Notes under the pieces: generated by a model | The model's input: the letters and a program-made list of their open reading frames with translations, nothing else | Told to the model about the DNA's origin: nothing | The model's database searches: none | DNA from: a virus | Taxonomy: Duplodnaviria; Caudoviricetes | Reading direction: 5' to 3' (one strand) | Length of the DNA: 64,000 bases | IMG/VR virus record: IMGVR_UViG_3300036778_000017 | Location: 1 to 64,000 of that record | Made by a program: the position numbers and the translations under genes | Part shown: piece by piece, positions 1-9,166 of the stretch | How positions within the stretch are numbered: the first letter of the stretch is position 1 | How the letters are laid out: the number at the start of each line of letters is the position of its first letter

Positions 1-722
1 CGCCTGATCCAGCCAGACTCCTCCTGAGCCTGATGGTCCCACGGCTTGCGCCTGCCGTGGAAGAATACGAGTCGTGTCTTGGCGCTGAACGAGCCCAGAC
101 GACGACAGTGCAGCGGATAGCTCGCCAACACCGGATACGGAATGTCAGTGTGGCCGGGCTTGCCGACCAATTTCCAGCTCAGCCACGACTGATCAGAACC
201 AAGAAATCCCGCCAGCTTCGCAGCCCTCGGCGACGTCTCAGGGTCAAACTCCTCCCATACGTGACGGAGTGTTCCGGCCGTGAACATCTGGAACGATCCA
301 TTGTAGACAGTGTCGTGAGGAGGGTGTCCAGCGAGTGCCCATCCGACGAATGTTCCTTCCCATCTGAATATTCCACTCAAGTCTCCCGTCACCACGGTGT
401 CCAGATCGAGGCTGACGATCCGCTGACCACGCGGTATTCCCATCTCACGCTGCGTCTTGATGTCGTAGATCTTCAGCCTGCGATAGCACGACGGCAGGTT
501 CTCCTTCGTGGCGTTCTCGAGCTCGCCGCAGTCCGGCCACAGCGGATACGTCTCGGTCTGCGTTATGCCTGTCGGGTCATCCGTCACGCACACGACGCGA
601 ACGTCGACGCTGCCCGCGTTCTTCTTGACTGCCTGTGACAGAACGTCCACGTGCTGCGCGGTGTACGATCGCTGAACGTTCGGCTTCCCCTGCCACTTCC
701 ACAGAACGACGTGTACAGTCAC
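1..722 (-). CDS. Glycosyltransferase, GT-A fold (GT8-like), truncated at window edge; missing from the ORF track
   Basis: Hand translation from GTG at 722, which overlaps the stop at 719-721: MTVHVVLWKWQGKP...RVVCVTDDP...IVSLDLDTVVTGDL (DxD)...YNGSFQMF...GSDQSWL...LVFFHGRRKPW. No stop before base 1. Confidence 0.8.
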   Translation of the reverse strand, partial: MTVHVVLWKWQGKPNVQRSYTAQHVDVLSQAVKKNAGSVDVRVVCVTDDPTGITQTETYPLWPDCGELENATKENLPSCYRRLKIYDIKTQREMGIPRGQRIVSLDLDTVVTGDLSGIFRWEGTFVGWALAGHPPHDTVYNGSFQMFTAGTLRHVWEEFDPETSPRAAKLAGFLGSDQSWLSWKLVGKPGHTDIPYPVLASYPLHCRRLGSFSAKTRLVFFHGRRKPWDHQAQEESGWIR

Positions 723-1459
723 ATGACCCTCGAGTAAGGCAGGCGATGCGGATTGATCGCCCGATAGCCCGGGCCTGTCCGCTTCTGATTGAGATACTGG
801 TTCTTGGCGGCCCAGAGTTCACCCTCCTTTCGGGTGAGGCCGCGCGTGTTGCAGTCGCCGATGTCGTTGATCTCGTACATCACCATCTTCCACGTGTCGA
901 TGTACTCCTCGATCAGGCCCCACGCCTTGGCGCACTTGCGAAAGTTCCCGTCACTGCCGTAGTAGCCGACGAAGTCCTCGTCGTAGCCACCCATCTCCCA
1001 GAAATCCTGCTTGTGGAACAGGAACGTGTTCGGATGCGAGTGATACGGAGTCCCAGAGCTCCTGCATCGTCCAGGCATGTAGTAGTGGCCACGCTCTGCA
1101 TAGTCGTCGACGAACTTGTTCATGCGCAGAGCCGCAGACGGGCTGAGCTCGTGGTCCATGTCTGTCATCAGGTTCCACATTGCCTCCGTCTGCTTCATCG
1201 CGATGTTGCGAGCACCGTCCTGTCCCCACGGCCTGTTCACCTGAACGCGAAAGACCATGAAGTCGACGGGGCGATGACTACCCCAGCGATCCCTGATCAC
1301 GGTGTCGGCAGCCACAGTCTGACTGCAGTCGTCCACGATGATGAACTGCATGCGACGCAGCACCGATGAGTCGTACTGCAACCACTTGTCGAGGTGATGC
1401 CGGAGCATCTGCGGATTGTCGAAGTATGCGTAGACGAGACCAATCTTCGCCAGCGTCAT
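719..1459 (-). CDS. Glycosyltransferase, GT-A fold (GT2/GT7-like)
   Basis: FIIVDDCSQ, WGQDGARNIAMK, MTDMDH (DxD), FWEMGGYDEDFVGYYGSDGNF. Start at MTLAKIG (ATGA overlap with the upstream stop). Confidence 0.85.
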   Translation of the reverse strand: MTLAKIGLVYAYFDNPQMLRHHLDKWLQYDSSVLRRMQFIIVDDCSQTVAADTVIRDRWGSHRPVDFMVFRVQVNRPWGQDGARNIAMKQTEAMWNLMTDMDHELSPSAALRMNKFVDDYAERGHYYMPGRCRSSGTPYHSHPNTFLFHKQDFWEMGGYDEDFVGYYGSDGNFRKCAKAWGLIEEYIDTWKMVMYEINDIGDCNTRGLTRKEGELWAAKNQYLNQKRTGPGYRAINPHRLPYSRVM

Positions 1460-2181
1460 GCGACGGGTCCGCGGAAGTAGTCTGTCATCAAGTTCGGCCT
1501 GTCCTTGTCGCCGTACAGCGACGAGTTGCCCGCGCCCAGCACGTGATCCACCAGACACGGAATGCGATACAGGATCTTGCGACCCTGACGGTTCAGGCAC
1601 TCGCCGATGATCAGGTCGATGTTCTTGTCCATGTCCTCGCGAGCAGCGTACTCCTGGAACGTCGCGTCGTTCTTCAGCCAGTCAGCCATCTCGCGATTGA
1701 ACACCAGACACTGAGCTCCCCACGTCTTCTTGCCGAACTGCATGTCCTTCCAGTGCCATCCTGCACCGAGTTTCATGCGACCGCGCGCGTCCTCCGCGGG
1801 CTTGGTCATGCGTCGACAAGCGAACAGCGACAGTGCGCCGACCATGTGCAGATCATTCTTGCTGCGCTCGAGATACAGCAGATCGCTCTGCAGAGCAGTA
1901 GACGCCCCCGCCTGCCACACTATGTCGTCCTCGCAGATCATGACCCACTCACTGTTCAGCATGCCGGACGACAGATGCCCGAGCGCCCTGATCCAGTTTC
2001 GCTTGTTGCCCAGAGGCACCTCGTTGGGGAGCCAGAAGATGCCGTCCTGCACCATCGGGTCACCGCCGTCGCTGAACACGACCACGTCTCGATTGAAGCC
2101 CGCCCGGCGGAGCGACGCGATCGACTTCTCGACCGTTGGGCGGGGGCGCGGAGCGGTTATGATGCCGATGCGAAGTGTCAT
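1456..2181 (-). CDS. Glycosyltransferase-like protein, GT-A fold
   Basis: WVMICEDDIVW acidic motif, GAQCLVF, IPCLVDHVLG. Start at MTLRIGII (ATGA overlap). Confidence 0.7.
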   Translation of the reverse strand: MTLRIGIITAPRPRPTVEKSIASLRRAGFNRDVVVFSDGGDPMVQDGIFWLPNEVPLGNKRNWIRALGHLSSGMLNSEWVMICEDDIVWQAGASTALQSDLLYLERSKNDLHMVGALSLFACRRMTKPAEDARGRMKLGAGWHWKDMQFGKKTWGAQCLVFNREMADWLKNDATFQEYAAREDMDKNIDLIIGECLNRQGRKILYRIPCLVDHVLGAGNSSLYGDKDRPNLMTDYFRGPVA

Positions 2182-2777
2182 CGAATCGTCACCCACCAGA
2201 ACGATGCGTCCAGCCGGAAGTTCTTGTTCCTCGGCTTCCCCTTGTTGATCGACACCTTGGCGCGACCGTGGAAGTGACGCTGAACCGCTGTCTCAACGCC
2301 CGGCCACGTGAAGTCATCACCCGCCATGGTGCCGCCCTTCTTCATCTTGGGCAGCCAGACCTCGATGTCCTTCATGACAGCGTCGTACGAGTGGTCGCCG
2401 TCCAGCATGATGAAGTCCACGCTCTGGTCCGGGAACCACCGGCTCGCCTCGACGCTCTCCATCTTCATGGCCTTCAGCCGATGAGCGATTGGCGCGACGT
2501 TGCGCTGGAAGATCTCGTACACTGGCGCGTCCAGACACCGAAAGTACTGAGTGTCGCGAAGGTCCGGGCCGCCGTCCTCCCACGGATCGACGCACACGAA
2601 CTCGATATCCTTGCCGCTGTTCTCGATCTCCACTCCCATGAGCGCTGCAGACCGACCGAGCCAGCTGCCGACCTCGATGAAGCGCGACCCGGTCGGGAAC
2701 TGTCGCACTGCGTCGATGTACAGCTGCTCGAACGCGGCCCATCCAGGAACATTCTTGTAGTAGTGCTGCATTGCCAT
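2178..2777 (-). CDS. Class I SAM-dependent methyltransferase (Methyltransf_24-like)
   Basis: FIEVGSWLGRS motif I, VDFIMLDGDHSYDAV, KKGGTMAGDDF. Confidence 0.85.
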   Translation of the reverse strand: MAMQHYYKNVPGWAAFEQLYIDAVRQFPTGSRFIEVGSWLGRSAALMGVEIENSGKDIEFVCVDPWEDGGPDLRDTQYFRCLDAPVYEIFQRNVAPIAHRLKAMKMESVEASRWFPDQSVDFIMLDGDHSYDAVMKDIEVWLPKMKKGGTMAGDDFTWPGVETAVQRHFHGRAKVSINKGKPRNKNFRLDASFWWVTIR

Positions 2778-2806
2778 TGTCCTACCCAGACTCTATTGGG
2801 AGCAGA

Positions 2807-2833
2807 GCGGAGACGAGGTGATGTCGCCTCCGC
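2807..2833 (-). terminator. 10-bp hairpin (one G-U pair) upstream of the methyltransferase/GT block; weak U-tract
   Basis: Minus strand GCGGAGGCGA-CATCACC-TCGTCTCCGC followed by TCTGCT. Confidence 0.4.
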
Positions 2834-2843
2834 CTTCTCCGCA

Positions 2844-3236
2844 CTACACCTTGGTCGCTGTCGTCAGGCCCGCGACGCCCGGAGGATGCCACGACTTGTT
2901 CCCGTGCTTGTCGATGACGGGAGTGCAGCCGTTGTCCTCGCGGCCCATGTTCGGATCGATCTTGGGGTGATCAGGGTCGTTGCCCTTCGCGGCCTCCTCG
3001 ATCTTCGCCATGTTCTTCGCGTGACCCTCTTCGTTGTGCTTCGACAGATTGTCGAGACGCTGCTTGACAGCGTCCTTCGCAGCGTCGCTGCCGAGCTCCA
3101 CGGTGTTGGTCTTGATGTCCTCGCCGGCAGTCTCAGAGAGCTTGTCGGCGTTCAACTTGTCCTGCGCCGCCTTGTTCGCAGCGGCTGCCTTGTCGGCAGC
3201 TGCCTGATCGGCAGCAACTTTTGCAGCATCAGCCAT
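2844..3236 (-). CDS. Hypothetical Ala/Asp/Lys-rich protein in the head module
   Basis: 130 aa ORF co-oriented with neighbours, RBS-like GGAGA upstream, ADQAAADKAAA repeats. Confidence 0.6.
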   Translation of the reverse strand: MADAAKVAADQAAADKAAAANKAAQDKLNADKLSETAGEDIKTNTVELGSDAAKDAVKQRLDNLSKHNEEGHAKNMAKIEEAAKGNDPDHPKIDPNMGREDNGCTPVIDKHGNKSWHPPGVAGLTTATKV

Positions 3237-3302
3237 GACTGGCCATCTCCATATTCGTTTCGCCTCTGGTAGAAACCGCTCGGACGAGGCACTGCCGACC
3301 GG

Positions 3303-3332
3303 TGCAGAAGGGGTCGCGAGACCCCCTCTGCG
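3303..3332. other. Intergenic stem-loop
   Basis: GCAGAaGGGGTC-GCGA-GACCCCcTCTGC; no U-run after it on the coding strand. Confidence 0.5.
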
Positions 3333-3343
3333 AAACAGATCCC

Positions 3344-3757
3344 TCAGGAAGCCGTCGGCGGAGCCGGAGGGGCGGAGCCGTCCCCCGCCGGAGCCGAGGT
3401 GTTCGCGTTGATCGCGGACACGACCTTGGCCTTGTTCGCGTCGACGGCGTCGAACAGCGCGTTGACCTTGGCCTGAACGGCGGGCGGCAGCGATCCGGCA
3501 GTGATGTCGTCCAGCTGCTTCTTGATGCCAGCGGTCAGGGTCGAGAGCGAGTCAATCTGCGTGCTCTCGTCCGAGACGTCAGCAAGGATCTCATCGATAT
3601 TGTGGTCGGCCATCTTGACTTCCTTCTCTAGTTGCTCCAGTCTGCGGAGGGTCTCCACCTGCAAGTTCACCACGGTGTGAGTGAGACTAAGCAGATGCAC
3701 TGCCCAACCCGGAGCTTCGGTTGGGAACAGCTTGAGGTCGATCTCTAACTTGGACAC
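3344..3757 (-). CDS. Hypothetical coiled-coil protein; second in-frame start at 3613 (MADHNIDEILADV)
   Basis: AAGGAG before GTG at 3757 and AAGGA before ATG at 3613. Confidence 0.6.
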   Translation of the reverse strand: MSKLEIDLKLFPTEAPGWAVHLLSLTHTVVNLQVETLRRLEQLEKEVKMADHNIDEILADVSDESTQIDSLSTLTAGIKKQLDDITAGSLPPAVQAKVNALFDAVDANKAKVVSAINANTSAPAGDGSAPPAPPTAS

Positions 3758-3770
3758 GGGGCGGTCTCCT

Positions 3771-4742
3771 TCAAAGAACCGGCACGAACACGCAGCGACA
3801 ACGCGGGTGTGCCGGAATGAGTGACCTCGCCCTGTTGATCTTGTACGGCCCGCCACGTGCGATCTTCTTGCAGACAGGACACACCTTGTTGTCTCCCGCA
3901 GTCTCGACGTTGACGAGGCCCCCGGCGACAGACGCTATCTCTAGCTCCTGCTTCCTGATCCGCTGGATCGTTCTCTGGCCGGGAGCCTCGCCTCGTCGAC
4001 TGCGAGCGCCCGCAGGCCCCGAGGGCGTGATCCTCGGAGCGCGTGCGTCGGTGGACCGTCGTGCGAGCAGGGTCTCGGGTAGCAGACCTACTCGCTGCAC
4101 TCCAGCCGACTGATAGACATCCAGCGTAGCCTCGCTGAACGCCTTTACCGTGATGAGCTCAACCAGCGCCGCAGAGCGGACGAGGCCCACCGAGTCAATA
4201 GCAGACTGAACAGCACTGGCGATGCGAGCGGGGCGATCGCCATGAAGAAGACCAGTGGCAGCTGCTCGGACAGCCTTCTGCGAGACCGCCTCGATGATGC
4301 CCTGGAGCTCGACCACTGCGAGCTGAAAGAGCGTCTCGATCCTGTCCCCCGCCAGCTGACTGGAGTATATGCCGACCTGTTGCTGCGCGAATGACTGTCC
4401 AGCCTCATATCCTCTCCTGATGTAGTCTCGCATGAACGAGCCGTCGCTGTGAAGCACCTGAGCGGCGGCCGTGTAGTCGAACCATCGCTGAAACATCTGC
4501 GTCTTGGTCGCTCCGCCCTGAATGGCGGGATTGGCGACGTTCATGAGACCGCGCGATGTCAGCGTCAGCAGATCCTGATCGACGATGGCCTTCCGCACCA
4601 GCACGCGCAGACCACGCCACTTGATCGCCAGCTGCGAGTAGAACGCAGTGCGAATGGACTTCGTGCCCGTCGGATCGAGCACGGCCTTCTTCGCGTCACA
4701 ACACGTGCACTGCCCGTCCGTGAAGGCGTGGCCTCGGTACAT
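3771..4742 (-). CDS. Head morphogenesis protein (SPP1 gp7 / Mu F-like)
   Basis: C-terminal AGDNKVCPVC...IPAHPRCRCVFVP signature; lies downstream of the portal; TGATG-coupled start. Confidence 0.85.
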   Translation of the reverse strand: MYRGHAFTDGQCTCCDAKKAVLDPTGTKSIRTAFYSQLAIKWRGLRVLVRKAIVDQDLLTLTSRGLMNVANPAIQGGATKTQMFQRWFDYTAAAQVLHSDGSFMRDYIRRGYEAGQSFAQQQVGIYSSQLAGDRIETLFQLAVVELQGIIEAVSQKAVRAAATGLLHGDRPARIASAVQSAIDSVGLVRSAALVELITVKAFSEATLDVYQSAGVQRVGLLPETLLARRSTDARAPRITPSGPAGARSRRGEAPGQRTIQRIRKQELEIASVAGGLVNVETAGDNKVCPVCKKIARGGPYKINRARSLIPAHPRCRCVFVPVL

Positions 4743-4858
4743 CAGCACAGGAACATCACCAGAACCATGACCACCACGATCAGGAACGGCCACGCCTGCC
4801 CGTTCAGCAGACGCTCCCACCACTTGCGCTCGTCAGGATACCACGGATACTCGGACAT
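4742..4858 (-). CDS. 38-aa single-TM protein (not in track)
   Basis: MSEYPWYPDERKWWERLLNGQAWPFLIVVVMVLVMFLC; TGATG overlaps at both ends. Confidence 0.6.
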   Translation of the reverse strand: MSEYPWYPDERKWWERLLNGQAWPFLIVVVMVLVMFLC

Positions 4859-5274
4859 CAGTTCTGATACCTCAGGGTTGAGTCCGCCAGAGCGAACGTG
4901 CCGCCGGTGCTCGACTGATTAGAGCCGAAGTCGATGTACGCCACGAGCTCATCTGCCGACGAGGCACCACCACGCGACTTGTAGTAGACGGCACCGCGAG
5001 CAGTGATGGTCGATGTCGGCAGGCTGAAGCCACCGAGCGTGATGTTCAGCCTGTCGTTCGCATCGTCCGGCGTGACGGTGATGGTCACCGCCGCGCCCCC
5101 GGCCGTGTATCCAGTTCCGCTCACCTCGTTGGTAACGTCGTTGCGAAAGTCGTGAGCGTCCTTGTCCGGCGTGTACGACGACGTGACGAGCATGCACTTG
5201 AACGTGTCACTGTCGAAGTCGATCGTGCCGGTGTTGGCGAACTTGATCGCGTGGTTGTATATCAGCGACGCCAT
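4858..5274 (-). CDS. Conserved phage structural protein (beta-rich)
   Basis: IDFDSDTFKCMLVTSSYTP...EVSGTGYTAGG...ITARGAVYYKSRGG...LVAYIDFG pattern, typical of virion genes. Confidence 0.65.
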   Translation of the reverse strand: MASLIYNHAIKFANTGTIDFDSDTFKCMLVTSSYTPDKDAHDFRNDVTNEVSGTGYTAGGAAVTITVTPDDANDRLNITLGGFSLPTSTITARGAVYYKSRGGASSADELVAYIDFGSNQSSTGGTFALADSTLRYQN

Positions 5275-5275
5275 G

Positions 5276-7357
5276 TCAGACTGTCTCCTCCGTCACCTGA
5301 TTGGGATCGAACCCCTGCACCTTCACCTCCTCGAAGATCTCTGGACCCAGTCTGATCTCGCCGGTGTACGGTTCGATCTGCGTGTAGTCCACGGTCCCTG
5401 CATCATACGTGATGGTGACGTGAGGCGTGTAGTCGTCGAAGCCCCAGCTGATGCCATCATCCTCACACCGATACATGATCGATCGATGCCGATACTGCAG
5501 ATCGGAGTTGCTGAACGCGAGTACGAGAGCCCGACCGAACTGCTCCATCACGCGCGGACCGCCGGGCCTGACAGTCAGTCCGCCATCTGCGTCTCCACCA
5601 CCGAAGTCATCGCTTCCAGCCTTGAGCCAGTCGACGGGAGCAGTGGAGTAGATGATGGTGACGTGCATGTCGGGAACGACTGTCTTGAGTCCCTGCGACT
5701 TGGCCCACTTGATGATGTCTGCGGAGTTGAGAACATCTCGTCGAACGTAAAGAGACCGAGGAGTAGACGCGTCCTGCAGTCGCCTGACGATCCCTGCGAC
5801 AGCTGCCTTCTGATCCTTCGCCGCAGTCTTCTTCGCCGGTTGTGTCTTCGCATTGCTGTTGCTCGCCGTCGGAGGTGGAGCATTCTGGTTCGCCGGAGCA
5901 GGCGGATTGTTCCCGGTCTGCGTCGGGTCGGTGTTCGCTTGGTTCGGATCGGCGACAGGCGGGGGCGCGGAGGCGGCAGCCTCGGCCTCTGCGGCGTGCG
6001 CGGCCACGAGGTCTGGATCGTCGTCGTACTCGTCGATGATCTGCTGCAGACCAGGATACGTGCCGTCCGAGATCAGCTGTGCCTCGCGAGCCTTCTTCAG
6101 AACCACGTCGTTCATCAGTCCTGCGTTCACGTCGATCTGGAACGCAGTCGCCTTCTGTCCGATGATAGTGCCGCGCTCGTTGTCGCTCAGCTGCCAGAGC
6201 GGCGACCAAGTGTAGTACATCCCAGCGTAGTCGTCCGTGCTGATGTCGCCGAGTGCAGACCGCACCAGCACGCGATCCAGCGGGTCGATGGCTGGCTGGA
6301 TGAATGTCTTCTGCTCGGTGGCGACGCGATCATAGTAGTTTCTCATGTCGCTGTCTCCAGTGGCGTTCAGCCCGGCCGGTGACTGAGACAGGAACCTCGT
6401 CGCTGGAACGTCGAACGCAGCAGACGCGATCAGGAGATAGGTCTTGAGAACGTCGGGCAGTCCCGAGAAGTTGTTCGTGATGCGCTCCCACTCCTCCTCC
6501 TTGTCCAGCAGGAGCATGGAGAACACGGACTTGGCCATGTTGGCGAACGAGAAGCGCTTCTTCAGACGCTGCTCGTACTCCTCGTTCATGATGTTCTCGG
6601 ACAGGCCCGGTATCTTGATGATGTCGAGCTTCGCCTCAGCGACCATCTGCGCGATGGACGCGGTCGTGCTGCCAGCGCCGATGACCGCGTCGCTGACGGA
6701 CTGGAGCACCGAGTCGCCCCATCCGTTGGCGATGTTCGGGTCTGGGATCTCATTGCCCTTGAACACCACGACGCGCGACGGGTGCAGCTGCACCAGCGAC
6801 TGATCAGGCGCGGTGTTGTTCTGTGCCGGCGAGTACCACGACGGCCGACCGTACCACGGAGACGTGATGTCCCAGATGATGGGACCAGTCTGCAGTTCCC
6901 ACCGACTCAGCGCGTGCAGGAACTTCAGCGATCCCTGCGTCACCTTGTCGTAGTCCAGCGGCTCCGTCGGGTCATCGTCGTTGACGCCCATCACTATTGC
7001 TCCGCCGCCGTACAGACGACCGAGGACCATGGCCTTCATGACCTTCAGCTGGACGCACATCGATTTCTCGAGATCCTCGATCTGCGAGACCTCCTCGTTG
7101 TCGGCCTGCCACGTTCGCCACTCGCGCGTCGCGTCGAACGCAGGAATGTCGCATCCCTTGCGCGCGATCCAGTCGCCACGATAGGCCGCCAGCAACTGCT
7201 GAGGCTCCATCATGCCGATGCCGAAGAACGTGCTGGTCGCCTTGTCCTTATCAGTGCCCAGCCCGGACAGCGCGTTGCGCAGACCATCGCCGAACATCCA
7301 CCCGATGTCGACGCCTGACGCCTTCGCTGAACCCTTGGATGTTGATCGCTTGGCCAT
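5276..7357 (-). CDS. Portal protein (DUF1073 type) with C-terminal Acb1-like 2H phosphoesterase domain
   Basis: Follows terL; WIARKGCDIPAFDATREWR, RLYGGGAI, LHPSRVVVFKG, PATRFLSQSPAGLNATGDSDMRNYYD; Pro/Ala/Gln linker; then MHVT...DDYTPHVT. Confidence 0.9.
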   Translation of the reverse strand: MAKRSTSKGSAKASGVDIGWMFGDGLRNALSGLGTDKDKATSTFFGIGMMEPQQLLAAYRGDWIARKGCDIPAFDATREWRTWQADNEEVSQIEDLEKSMCVQLKVMKAMVLGRLYGGGAIVMGVNDDDPTEPLDYDKVTQGSLKFLHALSRWELQTGPIIWDITSPWYGRPSWYSPAQNNTAPDQSLVQLHPSRVVVFKGNEIPDPNIANGWGDSVLQSVSDAVIGAGSTTASIAQMVAEAKLDIIKIPGLSENIMNEEYEQRLKKRFSFANMAKSVFSMLLLDKEEEWERITNNFSGLPDVLKTYLLIASAAFDVPATRFLSQSPAGLNATGDSDMRNYYDRVATEQKTFIQPAIDPLDRVLVRSALGDISTDDYAGMYYTWSPLWQLSDNERGTIIGQKATAFQIDVNAGLMNDVVLKKAREAQLISDGTYPGLQQIIDEYDDDPDLVAAHAAEAEAAASAPPPVADPNQANTDPTQTGNNPPAPANQNAPPPTASNSNAKTQPAKKTAAKDQKAAVAGIVRRLQDASTPRSLYVRRDVLNSADIIKWAKSQGLKTVVPDMHVTIIYSTAPVDWLKAGSDDFGGGDADGGLTVRPGGPRVMEQFGRALVLAFSNSDLQYRHRSIMYRCEDDGISWGFDDYTPHVTITYDAGTVDYTQIEPYTGEIRLGPEIFEEVKVQGFDPNQVTEETV

Positions 7358-7359
7358 CT

Positions 7360-8865
7360 CTACTCCGCCCACTTCATGGAGGTGTCATAGTTGTAGATCT
7401 TGCCGACGGTCTTGGCGAACGCTCCGCCAGCCGCGTCGACTTGATCCTTGTACTTGGAGGCAGGGAACGCCTCGTGCTCGTCCAGGAAGCTGTCGTTCCA
7501 TGGTGCGCGAAGCAGAGTGATATTCCCGTTCTGCCACTGAGCCGCATACGGATCTGCGCGCGTCTCCTTGTCTCCGCGCACCGGGTCTGCATACGCCTTG
7601 TATCCCTTCAGCATGGCGACGGAGCGCTCCGCGCTCTCCTTGCCGCCTGATCCCGGCTCCTGCTCCAGCCAGATCTCGATGCTCATCTTGCCCCACCGAG
7701 TGGCGTCCGCCTCGGCGGTGGACAGAATGGTCGCCTCCCTCTTGGACGCTGCCCACTGTCCGCGCTTCACGTTCTCGATGAACCATCCGCCCTCGAACAA
7801 CTCGTGCATCAGCACGCCAGCGGTGAACGCTCCGCCGTCCGTGGTTCCTGCCTTGTCCCAGTAGCGGATCGTCTTCTTGATGTCCTTCTTCTGCGGCACG
7901 ATGTCTGCGTATCGCACGCGTTCCAGCGGGAACATGCCACCCCCGACCACGATCGGGTTCTGCTGGTACAGCGACTGCCAGCTGGCGATGGTGTACGACT
8001 TCCGGCGCTCTGCGAGGAACGGCAGCGACTTGAAGCGAGGGAAGAGCGGAACACCCTTCACGCGACGCAGGTCGTATGGTCTGTCCGGCGACGGCTCCGT
8101 GCTGATGGCAGGGAACTTGAAGACCTTCGCCTCCGGGAAGCGAAGCATGAACCTTCCCGTCGGGTCGTCCACGTGCCATCGCGTGGCGGTCAGGATCATG
8201 CCGCCCTTGTCCGTGAAGCGCGAGAAGAAGTCATCCATCAGCCAGTCCCAGATCTTCTTGCGCTGAGCGGGGGAGGATGCAGCCTCGCGACCCTTCAGCG
8301 GGTCGTCGATGACGCCGATGTCTAGCGTCTTGCCGGTGATCTGGCCGTTGACTGTCGTGTTTCGGAAGTATCCCTTTCTGCCGACGTACTCCAGCAGTCG
8401 CGCGTTTCGCTGCGAGCGACCACTGATCGTGACGACGTTGGACGTGTTGATCATGGTCTCCGGGAAGACCATGTGGTACTTCGGATCGTCGTATATCCTC
8501 TGCAGCTGCCGATTGCAGTCCGTGCCGAGGTCGTTCGAGAACGACGCGTAGATTGTCTTCCAGTCAGGGTTCTTGCCTGCCATCCACGCGATGGCGTCCT
8601 GGATGTTGCGCGTCTTGCCGTGCTGCGGAGGAGCCTCGATGATGTACTTGGGTCGCCTGCCAGCGACGAGCTCGTCGAAGAAGTCCTGCAGTATGTAGCT
8701 GATCGCGCGCGGGAACCAACCCTCGATCAGGTCCTCGTCCATGAAGCGCCGAAACGCCCACAGATCAGACCGAGCCTCGACCGCGTATCCCTGAGCAACG
8801 AGGTCGAGGTCCTCCTCGCTGAAGCGTCGGCTGTTGTCTCCGATGCCTCGCTGATGGACGTTCAC
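7360..8865 (-). CDS. terL: Terminase large subunit
   Basis: Walker A APPQHGKT, GVIDDPLKG, TATRWHVDD, WQSLYQQNP, nuclease RYWDKAG and KDQVDA. Confidence 0.95.
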   Translation of the reverse strand: MNVHQRGIGDNSRRFSEEDLDLVAQGYAVEARSDLWAFRRFMDEDLIEGWFPRAISYILQDFFDELVAGRRPKYIIEAPPQHGKTRNIQDAIAWMAGKNPDWKTIYASFSNDLGTDCNRQLQRIYDDPKYHMVFPETMINTSNVVTISGRSQRNARLLEYVGRKGYFRNTTVNGQITGKTLDIGVIDDPLKGREAASSPAQRKKIWDWLMDDFFSRFTDKGGMILTATRWHVDDPTGRFMLRFPEAKVFKFPAISTEPSPDRPYDLRRVKGVPLFPRFKSLPFLAERRKSYTIASWQSLYQQNPIVVGGGMFPLERVRYADIVPQKKDIKKTIRYWDKAGTTDGGAFTAGVLMHELFEGGWFIENVKRGQWAASKREATILSTAEADATRWGKMSIEIWLEQEPGSGGKESAERSVAMLKGYKAYADPVRGDKETRADPYAAQWQNGNITLLRAPWNDSFLDEHEAFPASKYKDQVDAAGGAFAKTVGKIYNYDTSMKWAE

Positions 8866-8866
8866 G

Positions 8867-9166
8867 TCAGGCCACGTTGTCCCTGAGCATCTCGACCCTC
8901 ACTGTGACGGAGTGCTGAAGCCACTCGTCCGCCTTCAGCGACGACGTCGTGACGAGCTCGATGGCAGCGAGATCTCCAGAGCGAACACCAGCGGCCAGAC
9001 GCTCGAGCGCCTCAGCGATCTTGATCTGTCGCTCCATGCCGCGGAGCGACGCGTTCGGGAAGCCGTCCATGTTGCCGAGCTCCGACGACACGAGCGTCTC
9101 CGTGTTCACCACGGTCGCAACGGCGCTGATGCCGAGTAGTGCGAGCATGTCCCTGCGTGAACTCAT
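8867..9166 (-). CDS. Small protein with twin-arginine-like N-terminus
   Basis: MSSRRDMLALLGISAVATVV; ATGA-coupled start. Confidence 0.55.
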   Translation of the reverse strand: MSSRRDMLALLGISAVATVVNTETLVSSELGNMDGFPNASLRGMERQIKIAEALERLAAGVRSGDLAAIELVTTSSLKADEWLQHSVTVRVEMLRDNVA

